Source of the DNA: a virus
Lineage: Duplodnaviria; Caudoviricetes
Direction: 5' to 3' (one strand)
IMG/VR virus record: IMGVR_UViG_651324008_000005
Location: 2,777-66,776 of that record
DNA: 64,000 bases
The first letter of the stretch is position 1, and every line of letters begins with the position of its first letter. The notes beneath the pieces are model-generated. The model ran no database searches. It saw only the letters and a list, made by a program, of their open reading frames with translations, and was not told the DNA's origin. This document shows positions 28,000 to 37,194 of the stretch, in pieces. The translations under genes were made by a program, and so were the position numbers.

Positions 28000-28466
28000 A
28001 ACGCATCGTGTGGAAAGTGGTAGGCGTTGGCGTTTTCGCGCTGGCTGGGTTGGGTTCAATCAATCTAGGTATTTGGGTTGCCGACCGGGAACCTCCGATC
28101 ATCTACGAAGATGCAAAAGCACTGTCGCCGTCGGTAGAGCAGGGCGGAACGATCGAGATCGAGTTCTCAGTATTCAGGACGCGGATCTGCCCGCTCATTG
28201 CCAAGCGTTGGCTCACTGACTCTGCGAACGAACGACATAACATCCCGCAGTTCACCACCGGTCTAAAGCTGCTGGCGGGCAGGGAGACCTACCGACGGTC
28301 TATCACTGTACCTCAGTCGGCATCTGCCGGATCGGCCGAGTATCGCGTGACCTTGGAGTACGTGTGCAACCCTCTCCAGAAGTTCCTCGGACCGATCGTT
28401 GTCACTTCGCCGCCCGTCCGATTCGATGTGTTGCCTGAACGATTTGTAGTCGCGCCGCCAGCTTAA
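27996..28466 (+). CDS. Membrane-anchored hypothetical protein (lysis cassette)
   Basis: N-terminal TM followed by a beta-rich domain with two cysteines; ATGA coupling. Confidence 0.65.
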   Translation: MKRIVWKVVGVGVFALAGLGSINLGIWVADREPPIIYEDAKALSPSVEQGGTIEIEFSVFRTRICPLIAKRWLTDSANERHNIPQFTTGLKLLAGRETYRRSITVPQSASAGSAEYRVTLEYVCNPLQKFLGPIVVTSPPVRFDVLPERFVVAPPA

Positions 28467-28502
28467 CAAATCGCCGGCGCTCCTCGATCTTGCTTTCGCA
28501 GA

Positions 28503-29903
28503 CTACAAAAACGCCGAATGCTGCGGAATCAGAATAGGATTGCCTGGGGGTAAAATCGTAAACACAAACTTTACTTCAAACATTTCATCTGGTTGGGGAT
28601 CGTTTGTCGCAAGCAACGTTGCTATAAGGGTGCAGCCTAGCGCATTTCTCGCCCATATCATGTCCCCCTTGTTTACGGAGAAAGCGCTCTGCGCTCCTAA
28701 AACTAGCTTGGAGTCAATTATTTGCCCGGCGCTGATTGCTGGAATAACGTTCAGTTGATCTTTACCGTTCGGATATGCCCACAGAGAGTCTTTGCCTTGC
28801 TCGGAAACGCTGAATTCAAATCGAGCGTCGCCGGCGGTAAATGTTATATTTTGTCCGCCGTTACGCATCCGAAAATTGGCAAGAGCAGTTGAACCCAGAG
28901 ATGATTTAGCTTCTCGGAAAAGGAGTAAGCCTTTTCCAACGTCAAACGATACTGAAGCACGGATGACGTTGTTGGCCGCAATCTCGGCACTTTCAATCAG
29001 GCTAACAAAGTCTTGTGAAACCTCCATTTCACTCAGAACTTCGTGAAACTCAACCAGTCTGATATTCTTACCGCCAGAGTGTTTCTTGTATTCTGCCACC
29101 AACTCTGGTCGCGGATATACACCTCGGCTGTTATGCCGTACAAACCAGTCTGCTTTTTCCTCACCGGTGACGAATATCAAATCTCTCTTTTGAGACGCGC
29201 CTAACGCAAGCAGCGATTTCCAAACCAGAAAATCGCCGATTCCTGTATCCTCTTTGCTGCCGTCCTTATAACCTGGGGGCACTTTATTAATTAGGCGCTT
29301 TTGCCATTCGACTAACATATCCGCGTTCGTGTCAGTGGGTGAGATGATGTTCTCGCCATCGAAAACGGTGTCGTAAATGCTCGTGACAGGATCATCGCCG
29401 CTCCAAGATTGAACCCTTGCTTCGACTTTCTCGAGCGCTGCCGTATATTGTTTCTTGGCCGCATTGAGCGCTTGGCTCACGGTTGCCATCTCTTCACTTC
29501 CGTCAACGCCGTCCAAGATCGGAGACAGTTTTTTCTCGCCAATATTCATGCGTGATTTCACGTCGCCGAGCGCTTTCAACAGCTCTGCCAGCTTCTTGTC
29601 TCTATTGGTGATGAACTCTCTTGCGACTCTTGCCGGGAGAAAAAGTCTGTTGGCGGATCGGAGGTCCTGATAAAACTTCTGTAGCGTTGATAGTCCGTCT
29701 TTTCGTAATGTGTAAGGCAATAAAAGAACGTTGGTATCAACGGCGATTAGGACGTCTTTATTTGAAGCCTTCGTCACCTTATTCGGTTTGAAAATTTGAG
29801 ACACGTCTTCGAAGCTGCTCTCGAGCTTGAAGGGGTCGAACCCCGCAACCAAGCCTTCGGTGTTCGCTGTCTTCTGCGGCTTCGCTTCTTTAGGTGCAGT
29901 CAT
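28503..29903 (-). CDS. PIN-like domain protein (PIN_8/DUF4935 type), moron
   Basis: IAVDTNVLLLPY, VPPGYKD, GDFLVWKSLL and IFVTGEEKADWF; antisense to the late operon; AT-richer. Confidence 0.85.
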   Translation of the reverse strand: MTAPKEAKPQKTANTEGLVAGFDPFKLESSFEDVSQIFKPNKVTKASNKDVLIAVDTNVLLLPYTLRKDGLSTLQKFYQDLRSANRLFLPARVAREFITNRDKKLAELLKALGDVKSRMNIGEKKLSPILDGVDGSEEMATVSQALNAAKKQYTAALEKVEARVQSWSGDDPVTSIYDTVFDGENIISPTDTNADMLVEWQKRLINKVPPGYKDGSKEDTGIGDFLVWKSLLALGASQKRDLIFVTGEEKADWFVRHNSRGVYPRPELVAEYKKHSGGKNIRLVEFHEVLSEMEVSQDFVSLIESAEIAANNVIRASVSFDVGKGLLLFREAKSSLGSTALANFRMRNGGQNITFTAGDARFEFSVSEQGKDSLWAYPNGKDQLNVIPAISAGQIIDSKLVLGAQSAFSVNKGDMIWARNALGCTLIATLLATNDPQPDEMFEVKFVFTILPPGNPILIPQHSAFL

Positions 29904-30004
29904 CGCAGTCCCCAAGTAACCAAATGTATGACACCATCTTCAGCATTATTGCTGAAAGCGCAACGTAGAGTGGTGGCTATCCACGGTTCATACATTCATC
30001 CGGC

Positions 30005-30196
30005 ATGGTGTCGCAAATTCATGTCGCGCTGTGGGTAGTGCTCCCAGCAATGCCACGTGGACTTTTCGGCTTTCGATCGGGAGAAGCCAAATCCACCCCA
30101 CTGCTTGCAACCTTGATGTTCGCACCAGTGATTTTCGTGGATACCGTCGCCGGCCTTGTTGGTTTGGTCGCTCATTACCTCACGGTCCCTTCATGA
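30005..30196 (+). CDS. Possible small membrane protein
   Basis: 63 aa with two hydrophobic stretches; weak support. Confidence 0.35.
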   Translation: MVSQIHVALWVVLPAMPRGLFGFRSGEAKSTPLLATLMFAPVIFVDTVAGLVGLVAHYLTVPS

Positions 30197-30497
30197 ACTG
30201 CGGTTCTTCTGCTAAGCGCTCAAGTTTCCATCCGCCCGTAGGTGGGGAGGCTGACAGGCGCTCTGCACGCTGATTGAGCTTCGCGATGGCGATGATCTTG
30301 GCATCGCGATACGACGTAGCTTCCACCGAGACGCGCCAGCGGCCGGCCTGAAACCGGTATGTTTTGAACTTCTTTTGTTCAACGAAGTCGCAGCCAGCGA
30401 CAAACGCGTCACGGTACGACTCCTTGTCGCCGTTGACGGCTTCCGACCGCGATTTCCACCACCGCTCGAAGTTTCTTTCGATATCCGCTTTTAGCAT
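30180..30497 (-). CDS. Hypothetical protein
   Basis: 105 aa; AGGA RBS; realistic composition. Confidence 0.65.
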   Translation of the reverse strand: MLKADIERNFERWWKSRSEAVNGDKESYRDAFVAGCDFVEQKKFKTYRFQAGRWRVSVEATSYRDAKIIAIAKLNQRAERLSASPPTGGWKLERLAEEPQFMKGP

Positions 30498-30680
30498 GTT
30501 CCTATTATGTTCTTCTGTCGGGAAGAGTCAATATTTGCAGAGAAGCGCTTTTTTGATTTGGAAGGTGCACGAAAACTGGCGTGGCTTCCCCCCTTCTTTT
30601 TCGCAGACCGTACTCAGGAGGGACGGGCTTGTATTGCTCGCGCTTTGGTTTATTTCTTCGAGCATAAAGTCGGGGGCGAA

Positions 30681-32207
30681 ATGGTAGTTTTAGGATCAAC
30701 CGCTGGTAAAGTGTTCAGCGCCTGTAGAACAACACTGATCGAGGTTTCAGCCCACCTACAGGCCTACGGATCGACTGCTCTGATGGAGGTTGCAACCATT
30801 TTAGACAGACTGGTGGACGACCTCGGCGATGGCAAGAAACCAGAAGAAAATCTGGATTTCATTCTCTTCGAATTGGATAGCATCTTCGAGTCAGCTTACT
30901 ACGAACCGCTCGACGCTGAGGAAATGTACGGAATATCAGTTGCGACTCGCCTTACCGACGTCGTGAGAGGTTTGAGGATTCTTTCAGATCACCACCATTT
31001 TGAACAGCAACTGAAATCGAGTCGAGACACAACTAAAGCTTCGTTGCTAACGGCGTCCGCGCAACCTGCACCCATTCAGGATAAAGTTAATCAGATCAAC
31101 AGGCGTATCAGATTAGGGGAAAATGAATACCGCCAACTCGTGCTCGATCAGCCAAGGACCCCGCGGATTGAGGAGCTAGGTTTCCATGCTGAACGCGTCA
31201 GCGACCTTGTCGACCAACTGCGATTGGCCGGAGAGTCGACACTGCTTATGGCCGTTGAAAATCTTGCGCATGCAATAGATGGTCTCATGGACGAGTACGC
31301 TGACTTCTTTTCCTCTGAGTCAGCCGATCAACTGCGTCAGACGTTCGAGGCGGCGTCTGAAATCGCTCATGACTTGCTTGCTGAAACGGCAGGAACTGCC
31401 GGCGTTGATGAACCTGTCGTTACGCATCGCGAGCAAGCATTGGCTCCCTTTCAGTTCGCCATCTCTGGCGACCGGCTGACATTACAACCTCAGCAGACAC
31501 ATCCGAAATCAGGCTCAGAGCGGATCGTAGCAGCTGCATCGCGAGCCCTGCACGCACACGCAGAAGACCTTGCCGATGATCTTGAGGGCTCGAACCACCC
31601 TCGGCTCTTCCGGGCGTTTAACCGCCTGCGTGCGGCCCTCAATGACGGGTCCAACGTAGTCGAGATCGGGATGCTCTGCGCCACGCTAGATGGACAAATC
31701 CGAGCCGCGTCAGAAGAACTGTCGGATAGCCTGTTAGCACTTCTATTGAGCTTCAGTAAGGGCGTGATGGATTTTGCATCTCAGTTTGACGAGTGGCAAG
31801 AGTTCTCTGACAATGCGGCTGAGGCCAACTTCGAACCGCAGGACGGCGAGAACTATACCAAGATCGCTCGGGTTCTCGCAGTTGAATTGGAACGTCGTCA
31901 AGAAGTGGACTCGAAGGTGCCTGAAGCCCTTCGCCAAGTTGCGGAGTGGAATGAAAAAACCGATTCGCCGCGATCACGTCTGAGCCTTGGAAGGACAGTT
32001 CTGAACATCATCACCGTCTGTTTCAACGAACTCGTCAAAAAACCAGCGCAGATGGTGATCGGCGTGACTGGGACCGCGATTGTCGCGATCGTGCTCCACC
32101 ACGCAGCGATCTATGCTGCTGAGATTTCACGAACGCCCGAAGGCTCATGGTTAAGACCTGCCGTAAGGGTGATCGAGAGCCACGTCGGGAAATTAGAAAC
32201 CCCTTGA
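30681..32207 (+). CDS. Large all-helical hypothetical protein with hydrophobic C-terminus, moron
   Basis: Long ORF (open from 30507); start uncertain, MVVLGST chosen. Confidence 0.7.
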   Translation: MVVLGSTAGKVFSACRTTLIEVSAHLQAYGSTALMEVATILDRLVDDLGDGKKPEENLDFILFELDSIFESAYYEPLDAEEMYGISVATRLTDVVRGLRILSDHHHFEQQLKSSRDTTKASLLTASAQPAPIQDKVNQINRRIRLGENEYRQLVLDQPRTPRIEELGFHAERVSDLVDQLRLAGESTLLMAVENLAHAIDGLMDEYADFFSSESADQLRQTFEAASEIAHDLLAETAGTAGVDEPVVTHREQALAPFQFAISGDRLTLQPQQTHPKSGSERIVAAASRALHAHAEDLADDLEGSNHPRLFRAFNRLRAALNDGSNVVEIGMLCATLDGQIRAASEELSDSLLALLLSFSKGVMDFASQFDEWQEFSDNAAEANFEPQDGENYTKIARVLAVELERRQEVDSKVPEALRQVAEWNEKTDSPRSRLSLGRTVLNIITVCFNELVKKPAQMVIGVTGTAIVAIVLHHAAIYAAEISRTPEGSWLRPAVRVIESHVGKLETP

Positions 32208-32210
32208 CGT

Positions 32211-32471
32211 TCAGCACAGCGCCTCGGCCATAGCCTGAGCAAAGCCGATCTCGACACCTTCCCATTTTCCGGCCTCAACCTGGGCCTGTAACACGCGGGA
32301 CAGGTGGAGTGGATTTTCCGTAGCGGTCATCACAGAACGAAGCTGCGTGAAATATAAGCGACCAGTGTCGCAGTCTGCCTGATAATCATCAGTGCGTACC
32401 GGAGCCCATGGTTGGATGCGGCCTGTATCGGAGGCGACGAAAGGAAGCTGCTCAAAACTCGTTACAATCAT
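32211..32471 (-). CDS. Hypothetical protein
   Basis: 86 aa; GAG RBS; follows the MTase gene. Confidence 0.7.
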   Translation of the reverse strand: MIVTSFEQLPFVASDTGRIQPWAPVRTDDYQADCDTGRLYFTQLRSVMTATENPLHLSRVLQAQVEAGKWEGVEIGFAQAMAEALC

Positions 32472-32481
32472 TGTTCCACTC

Positions 32482-33942
32482 TTATATTAGGTCGCTGAGG
32501 TCGACGGTTTCACCGATCAAGTCTGCTATGTAGGAATTTAATCCTTTTATTTTAGAATGTGAACATACCGAGAACGAATTTTCGGCAAGTGGTTCATCCA
32601 TAAGGGACATTTTTTGGTTGTGTTCCTCGATCTCTGGGAATCTGCGACCCAGAAACTCGACGTACTCAGTTTCGGCTTCCATGAGGATACAGTCAAAACC
32701 TTCGCGGCGGGCAGCCTCTGCTGTCGTTCCGGAGCCGGCAAATGGATCAAGCACGATGCCACCCGGTGGGGTGATGTGCCGGATCAGGTTCGCCATTAGC
32801 GCGATGGGCTTTACGGTGGGATGAGCGCCAACCGGCTTCCCGTTCTCATCGACCGGGAGAAGATGATGTGCTCGATCAGATTTACCGGCTTTCGCTTGGT
32901 AGATTAGCGCGTCACCGAGGTCGTCGCCTATAAAGCCGGCGAGCTTCGCCAGCGCATAATCTTCGTCGGTCAGCGGGAAATGATGAAAGAACCGACTGGC
33001 TGATGCCGAGCCATCGCCGGGAAACATCGAGAGCACGTTCTGAGACCCGTCGAGGATGAGATTAGACGGATGTCTGCCGACCGGATCGTAGTTTTCGCGA
33101 GCCTTGTCAAAGACGCCGTAGACGAGATTGGTCATGGCCCCGCTGCCGAAATCAGCGTGCTGGTTCTTTTCCTTCGATTCCCGTTCGTCCGCGTCGCCTG
33201 CGAAGGCGACGCGGCAGCCGTCTATGTTTACGGCTCCGACGCCGTGCCTCAGCATGTTTGCCGGCCCGTTTTTCTCACTGAACGGCTTCTGGCCGAGGTA
33301 AATGGGTTCAAGGGCTGGCTTCTGTGCCTGCGTTCCGTAAGCCCATCCTTCCCATAACGCCGCTTCATCTGAGCCGGGGACGTAGGTGCCGGGCTGATAT
33401 TCTCGACCATTGTCCTTGATCCAGCTTCCGTCGCGGTTTTGATCTGCGCCGGGGATCATGCGCTTCACCGGATTACCAGCGGCGTTGAAATGTCCCTCGA
33501 CACCCAAGTACTTGTCGATCGCCTTGTCGGCAGCGTGCGCCTTCGGAAAGCCGCTTCCAAAACACCAACCGTGCATCGGATGCATGATGAATCCGGCCAA
33601 TTCCATGGCGCATGCCTGCCAGTGGCCGGTTCGGCTTCCGCTGAAAGCGAACACGTAGCCGCCTGGTAACAGGATGTCGTAAATCAGCTTCCAGAACTCG
33701 GGATCGCGCTCGATACCGGTGCCATCCCACGCGCGGCCCATGAAGCCACCCGACAGACGGGCGAAGCTGCCGTCGTTCTTCTCGCGACGGGCAGGGGCTG
33801 AGCCTTCCTTGCCGAAACGCTTCTGGATCGAAACCAGTCCATACGGCGGATCTGTTACGACCGAATGGACGCGCACGCCATCTGCAATCAGGCGTCGTAA
33901 TGAGGCGCGATTGTCGCCGGGATGCAGGGTGATGCTTGTCAT
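32482..33942 (-). CDS. DNA amino-methyltransferase (N6-A/N4-C), beta class
   Basis: Motif IV VVTDPPYG near the N-terminus; HPTVKPIALM; motif I VLDPFAGSGTT near the C-terminus. Start refined to MTSITLHPGD. Ends VDLSDLI. Confidence 0.93.
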   Translation of the reverse strand: MTSITLHPGDNRASLRRLIADGVRVHSVVTDPPYGLVSIQKRFGKEGSAPARREKNDGSFARLSGGFMGRAWDGTGIERDPEFWKLIYDILLPGGYVFAFSGSRTGHWQACAMELAGFIMHPMHGWCFGSGFPKAHAADKAIDKYLGVEGHFNAAGNPVKRMIPGADQNRDGSWIKDNGREYQPGTYVPGSDEAALWEGWAYGTQAQKPALEPIYLGQKPFSEKNGPANMLRHGVGAVNIDGCRVAFAGDADERESKEKNQHADFGSGAMTNLVYGVFDKARENYDPVGRHPSNLILDGSQNVLSMFPGDGSASASRFFHHFPLTDEDYALAKLAGFIGDDLGDALIYQAKAGKSDRAHHLLPVDENGKPVGAHPTVKPIALMANLIRHITPPGGIVLDPFAGSGTTAEAARREGFDCILMEAETEYVEFLGRRFPEIEEHNQKMSLMDEPLAENSFSVCSHSKIKGLNSYIADLIGETVDLSDLI

Positions 33943-33952
33943 AGGAATACTT

Positions 33953-34204
33953 TCAGACCAGAAGATCGTCGGATGCGTCGGCGGTCGTTTTTGGTCGCAG
34001 CACCTGAAGCAGGACGCGACGCAATTTCTCCGATGGTGATGCTTCGGGCACCAGGTCGTCGACAACAAAGCTGTTGTGATCGCGACCGACGCTGACGAGG
34101 CTGCCGGTGCCACCCATCTTGCTGTTAAAGATGCGGATCGAGTGCCAGTCGCCGTTGGACATGGCGAGATCGATCAGTTCTTCGAGAGACATTTCCTCGA
34201 TCAT
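33953..34204 (-). CDS. Hypothetical protein ending DDLLV
   Basis: 83 aa; coupled to neighbours. Confidence 0.7.
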   Translation of the reverse strand: MIEEMSLEELIDLAMSNGDWHSIRIFNSKMGGTGSLVSVGRDHNSFVVDDLVPEASPSEKLRRVLLQVLRPKTTADASDDLLV

Positions 34205-34446
34205 ACGAGCAGTTCTTCCTCAGATGGGCTGGCGGGTGCAGCGAAAGCCGGCATGTCGCGCGTTCGGTGGCTCGGCGGCAGCAGCTTGACCGCCTCGAAG
34301 ATTGCCTGATCCAGATCGGCGGCATGTTGGATGTCGGTTTGCGATGCGTCCTGTGAGATCGCCCACAGGGTGGCGATCGCTTCATAGGCGGCGTCGAGTT
34401 GGCCGCGCAGGAAAGCAACTTGGATGTAGTTGTCGCTGGCGGCCAT
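34201..34446 (-). CDS. Hypothetical protein ending EELLV
   Basis: Start refined to MAASDNYIQ (34446). Confidence 0.65.
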   Translation of the reverse strand: MAASDNYIQVAFLRGQLDAAYEAIATLWAISQDASQTDIQHAADLDQAIFEAVKLLPPSHRTRDMPAFAAPASPSEEELLV

Positions 34447-34450
34447 CTGA

Positions 34451-34792
34451 TCACACCAGCAGGTCGTCGGGGTCGATGTTGCGCATAATGGCATCAGCGA
34501 CAACCAGGGTTCCGTGCGCAACTTCACCAAGGTCAAGATCGATGTCATCGTCGATAACAACAGCGGTAACCGCCGACGCGCCAGCCGCGTCGAAGCCCTC
34601 GAGTTTGCCGGTCGCTGCGTCGAACGTCAGACCGGTTTCAGCAGCCTTCCCACCTGGAAACACGCGGTCCAGCTCTTCGAGGAGAGGGGTTTTCTGCAGC
34701 ACGAGTGTTACAGCCTCGCCGCCTATGGTTACGATGGTGAAGGGGCTGCCCTTCGTCTTGCGGATCGCGCCGCGCAGTTCGCCGAGTTTCAT
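34451..34792 (-). CDS. Hypothetical protein ending DPDDLLV
   Basis: 113 aa; GGAG RBS. Confidence 0.75.
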   Translation of the reverse strand: MKLGELRGAIRKTKGSPFTIVTIGGEAVTLVLQKTPLLEELDRVFPGGKAAETGLTFDAATGKLEGFDAAGASAVTAVVIDDDIDLDLGEVAHGTLVVADAIMRNIDPDDLLV

Positions 34793-34813
34793 TTGAAGTC
34801 TCCGTTGTTGGGA

Positions 34814-35092
34814 TCAGGGGTCGAGCATCGTCATGCCGAGCGCGGCCATGTACGTCTGCAAGATGGTTTCCTCTTCGAGGCGCTCGTTGGCATCCTTTTT
34901 GCGAAGCTGAATGATGGTGCGGATGGCCTTCGTGTCGTAGCCGCGGCCCTTGGCCTCGCCCATCACGTCTTTGATGTCTCCCTGGATCGCTGCTTTCTCT
35001 TCCTCGAGGCGCTCGACGCGCTCAATGAACTGACGAAGTTCGGCGGCAGCGATCGTCTCGACCGTTTCGCCGCTGTTGTGTCCGATAGACAT
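34814..35092 (-). CDS. gapR: GapR / DUF2312 (UPF0335) nucleoid-associated protein homologue
   Basis: [50 protein letters not shown]...[14 protein letters not shown]. Confidence 0.92.
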   Translation of the reverse strand: MSIGHNSGETVETIAAAELRQFIERVERLEEEKAAIQGDIKDVMGEAKGRGYDTKAIRTIIQLRKKDANERLEEETILQTYMAALGMTMLDP

Positions 35093-35141
35093 TTCGACTC
35101 CTAATGATTGGAAATCTCGTAAAACGTGAAATATAAGCGCG

Positions 35142-35648
35142 TCAAGAAGCGACTGGTTTGCCTACAAGTCCACCATCGATGAACGACTTCGCGCCGGACA
35201 GGTGGGCCGGTCGAAGATGGTTCTTCCCGCTTTCAGTAAACGGCGGAACTCCCTCCGGATACTTCGCGAAAATTTCGTCGACGACGCGCTGAAGTTCACC
35301 ACGAACCGCGTCCAGGTTCGCTTTCGGCGGTCGGTCGTCGTTCAATTGCTGCTGGATCATCGCGTCGCGCAGGACCACGAGGCTGCTTATGGCTTTGGTG
35401 ATGTGGGACAGCTTGCTATCGTCGTCGATGTCTTCGCCTTCCCACCACTGCATGATGTGGCCCATCGCAGCGTCGACGTAAACCGATGCTTTGACACCAG
35501 TTACGCGATAGTTATGCCGACCGTATTTCGCTGCGCCTTCCAGCATCGCGACACCAACTTCGCACATGACGGTCATCGGGACCGTTGCAAACTGCCGCCA
35601 CTTCCTGATGCCGAAGCCGTCTTTTGGGTTCGTTTCCTTGGTGCTCAT
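35142..35648 (-). CDS. dATP/dGTP diphosphohydrolase-like protein (DUF5664)
   Basis: TNPKDGFG...[16 protein letters not shown]...[24 protein letters not shown]. Confidence 0.85.
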   Translation of the reverse strand: MSTKETNPKDGFGIRKWRQFATVPMTVMCEVGVAMLEGAAKYGRHNYRVTGVKASVYVDAAMGHIMQWWEGEDIDDDSKLSHITKAISSLVVLRDAMIQQQLNDDRPPKANLDAVRGELQRVVDEIFAKYPEGVPPFTESGKNHLRPAHLSGAKSFIDGGLVGKPVAS

Positions 35649-35845
35649 GACTGCACCTCGTAGCCCAGAGACGCGCGAATACGGTCGTAGGCCTCCCAGG
35701 CGGTTTCATGGTGGACAGGCTGGACGTTGTGTTCTCGTCCATCGTGCATGCGCACAACCACGCAACTGGCGTCGTAAGAGCATTGAACGCTTTGAACTAA
35801 GTTCGGATTGACGCTGGTGGTCTTCGTGATCTCGACGAGCGCCAT
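35645..35845 (-). CDS. Hypothetical protein
   Basis: 66 aa; coupled to neighbours. Confidence 0.65.
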   Translation of the reverse strand: MALVEITKTTSVNPNLVQSVQCSYDASCVVVRMHDGREHNVQPVHHETAWEAYDRIRASLGYEVQS

Positions 35846-35850
35846 GGAAA

Positions 35851-36390
35851 TCACCACTTCTTGCCGTTTGCAGCAAGCCTGGCCTCGTTCTTGTGATCGG
35901 CGCGAACAGCGTTGTATTCTCGCTTCTCCGTAACGGCGCCGTCGACATCATAGCCGAACTTCGCAGCATAGGCGTCGATCGTCGCGAGAACGCGGGTAAT
36001 TTCGATTCCGACACGAACGTGCCAGTTCGACTCGATGAGGTTGCCGACGCCCGTGACAAGCCGCACGATCGCAAATAGAGCCTCTGCGCGGTTGTCGCTG
36101 AGATCGATTGCGAGCCCTTCCGGATCGACGAGCTTGAATCCACAGCCGCCAGCGAAATCAAAGAGTCTGATCTTGGCGTCGGCCAATTCCACTTCCGCCA
36201 TTTTGCGGTGGGGCAAGTGGTCGTCCATGAGATTCTTCCGCTCGCCTTCCATGGCTTCGGAAAGTTCGCTGACGACCAGCATCAGCATCTCACCCTTGTT
36301 TCGGTCCAGACGCTCACCGTTTGCCGGGTCACGCCACCAGTGGGCATTGGAGGCGTGAATTTCAGCGGCGATGCTGTTTAAGTCGGTCAT
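35851..36390 (-). CDS. MazG-like / all-alpha NTP pyrophosphatase (tandem fold)
   Basis: EMLMLVVSELSEAMEGERK...AEVELADAKIRLFD and GAVTEKREYNAVRADHK. Confidence 0.85.
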   Translation of the reverse strand: MTDLNSIAAEIHASNAHWWRDPANGERLDRNKGEMLMLVVSELSEAMEGERKNLMDDHLPHRKMAEVELADAKIRLFDFAGGCGFKLVDPEGLAIDLSDNRAEALFAIVRLVTGVGNLIESNWHVRVGIEITRVLATIDAYAAKFGYDVDGAVTEKREYNAVRADHKNEARLAANGKKW

Positions 36391-36572
36391 TTCCACTTGT
36401 TCCTCATCTTGCGCTTGTTAGTGCTTCGACCGAGATGGAAGAAGCCGCAGAATGTACATTTGTAGGGCGGTGCTTTGGGATAGCGCTTCCTGACTGAGAC
36501 TACGACGTTTGCGGTGAACCGCTCTTTGCCCTGACAGGAAGACTCCCAAACCGTATCCTTATTTCGCCTCAT
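36387..36572 (-). CDS. Small basic zinc-finger-like protein
   Basis: SCQGKERF...YKCTFCGFFHLG. Confidence 0.6.
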   Translation of the reverse strand: MRRNKDTVWESSCQGKERFTANVVVSVRKRYPKAPPYKCTFCGFFHLGRSTNKRKMRNKWK

Positions 36573-36576
36573 AATT

Positions 36577-36611
36577 CCACCTTTAAAGTGAAAGTCAATA
36601 TAAAAGTGAAA
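36577..36611 (-). promoter_or_regulatory. Tandem operator-like sites
   Basis: CCAC-ctttaaa-GTGAAA and TCAA-tataaaa-GTGAAA on the + strand. Confidence 0.6.
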
Positions 36612-37194
36612 CAATTGGCCGCAGATCGTCTATCCACGTTACGAGCGGATCACCAGGCTTCTCATGCGACCGATTGTGGGACCGACGGACCATAAATGAG
36701 TTATGGCCACAGTCGTGCCCGGAGAGCGCATGGCTGTAGTTGTCTTCGATCCAGACGCCACGCTCAAGGATACCGAGCCACTTCTTTTTGCTTTCTCCGA
36801 GCGGCAGGCAGATAACCTGCTCGAAGATGTCGCCGAAGATGAGATCGAGATTGAACTTACGCCGCGCGACCACCACGGGATTGTCGGAGCAACTGGTCAG
36901 GACCGAGAGCCGATGACCCATCTCCTTCAGCAATGTGACATTTTCAATTGCATGAGGGCACGCTTCAAGATTGGCGAACTGGGAACTGTGGTTGAAGCCG
37001 ACGACCGTCTCACGCGACGCTGCCGGCGTCAGGCCGAGCCAGCCGCTCATATCCCATGAGTCGGGGAGACCTTTGATTTCGCGGTTTTCGATAGCTGACA
37101 CAAAGCGCCTGAAACCGCCGAGCCAGTCTAAGAGAACGTCGTCGCAGTCCAGGATGATGTGAAGGTTACGGTTCTGACGATGGAAGTCGATCAT
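36595..37194 (-). CDS. HAD-family 5'(3')-deoxyribonucleotidase-like protein
   Basis: HAD motif I ILDCDDVLLDW; motif II VLTSC; motif IV WIEDN. Confidence 0.85.
   Translation of the reverse strand: MIDFHRQNRNLHIILDCDDVLLDWLGGFRRFVSAIENREIKGLPDSWDMSGWLGLTPAASRETVVGFNHSSQFANLEACPHAIENVTLLKEMGHRLSVLTSCSDNPVVVARRKFNLDLIFGDIFEQVICLPLGESKKKWLGILERGVWIEDNYSHALSGHDCGHNSFMVRRSHNRSHEKPGDPLVTWIDDLRPIVSLLY

Noticed and set aside
35142-37194. 2-aminoadenine (Z) or 7-deazaguanine genome pathway
   Set aside because: No PurZ, DpdA, QueC/D/E or FolE homologue recognised in the window; the hydrolases alone are not sufficient evidence.
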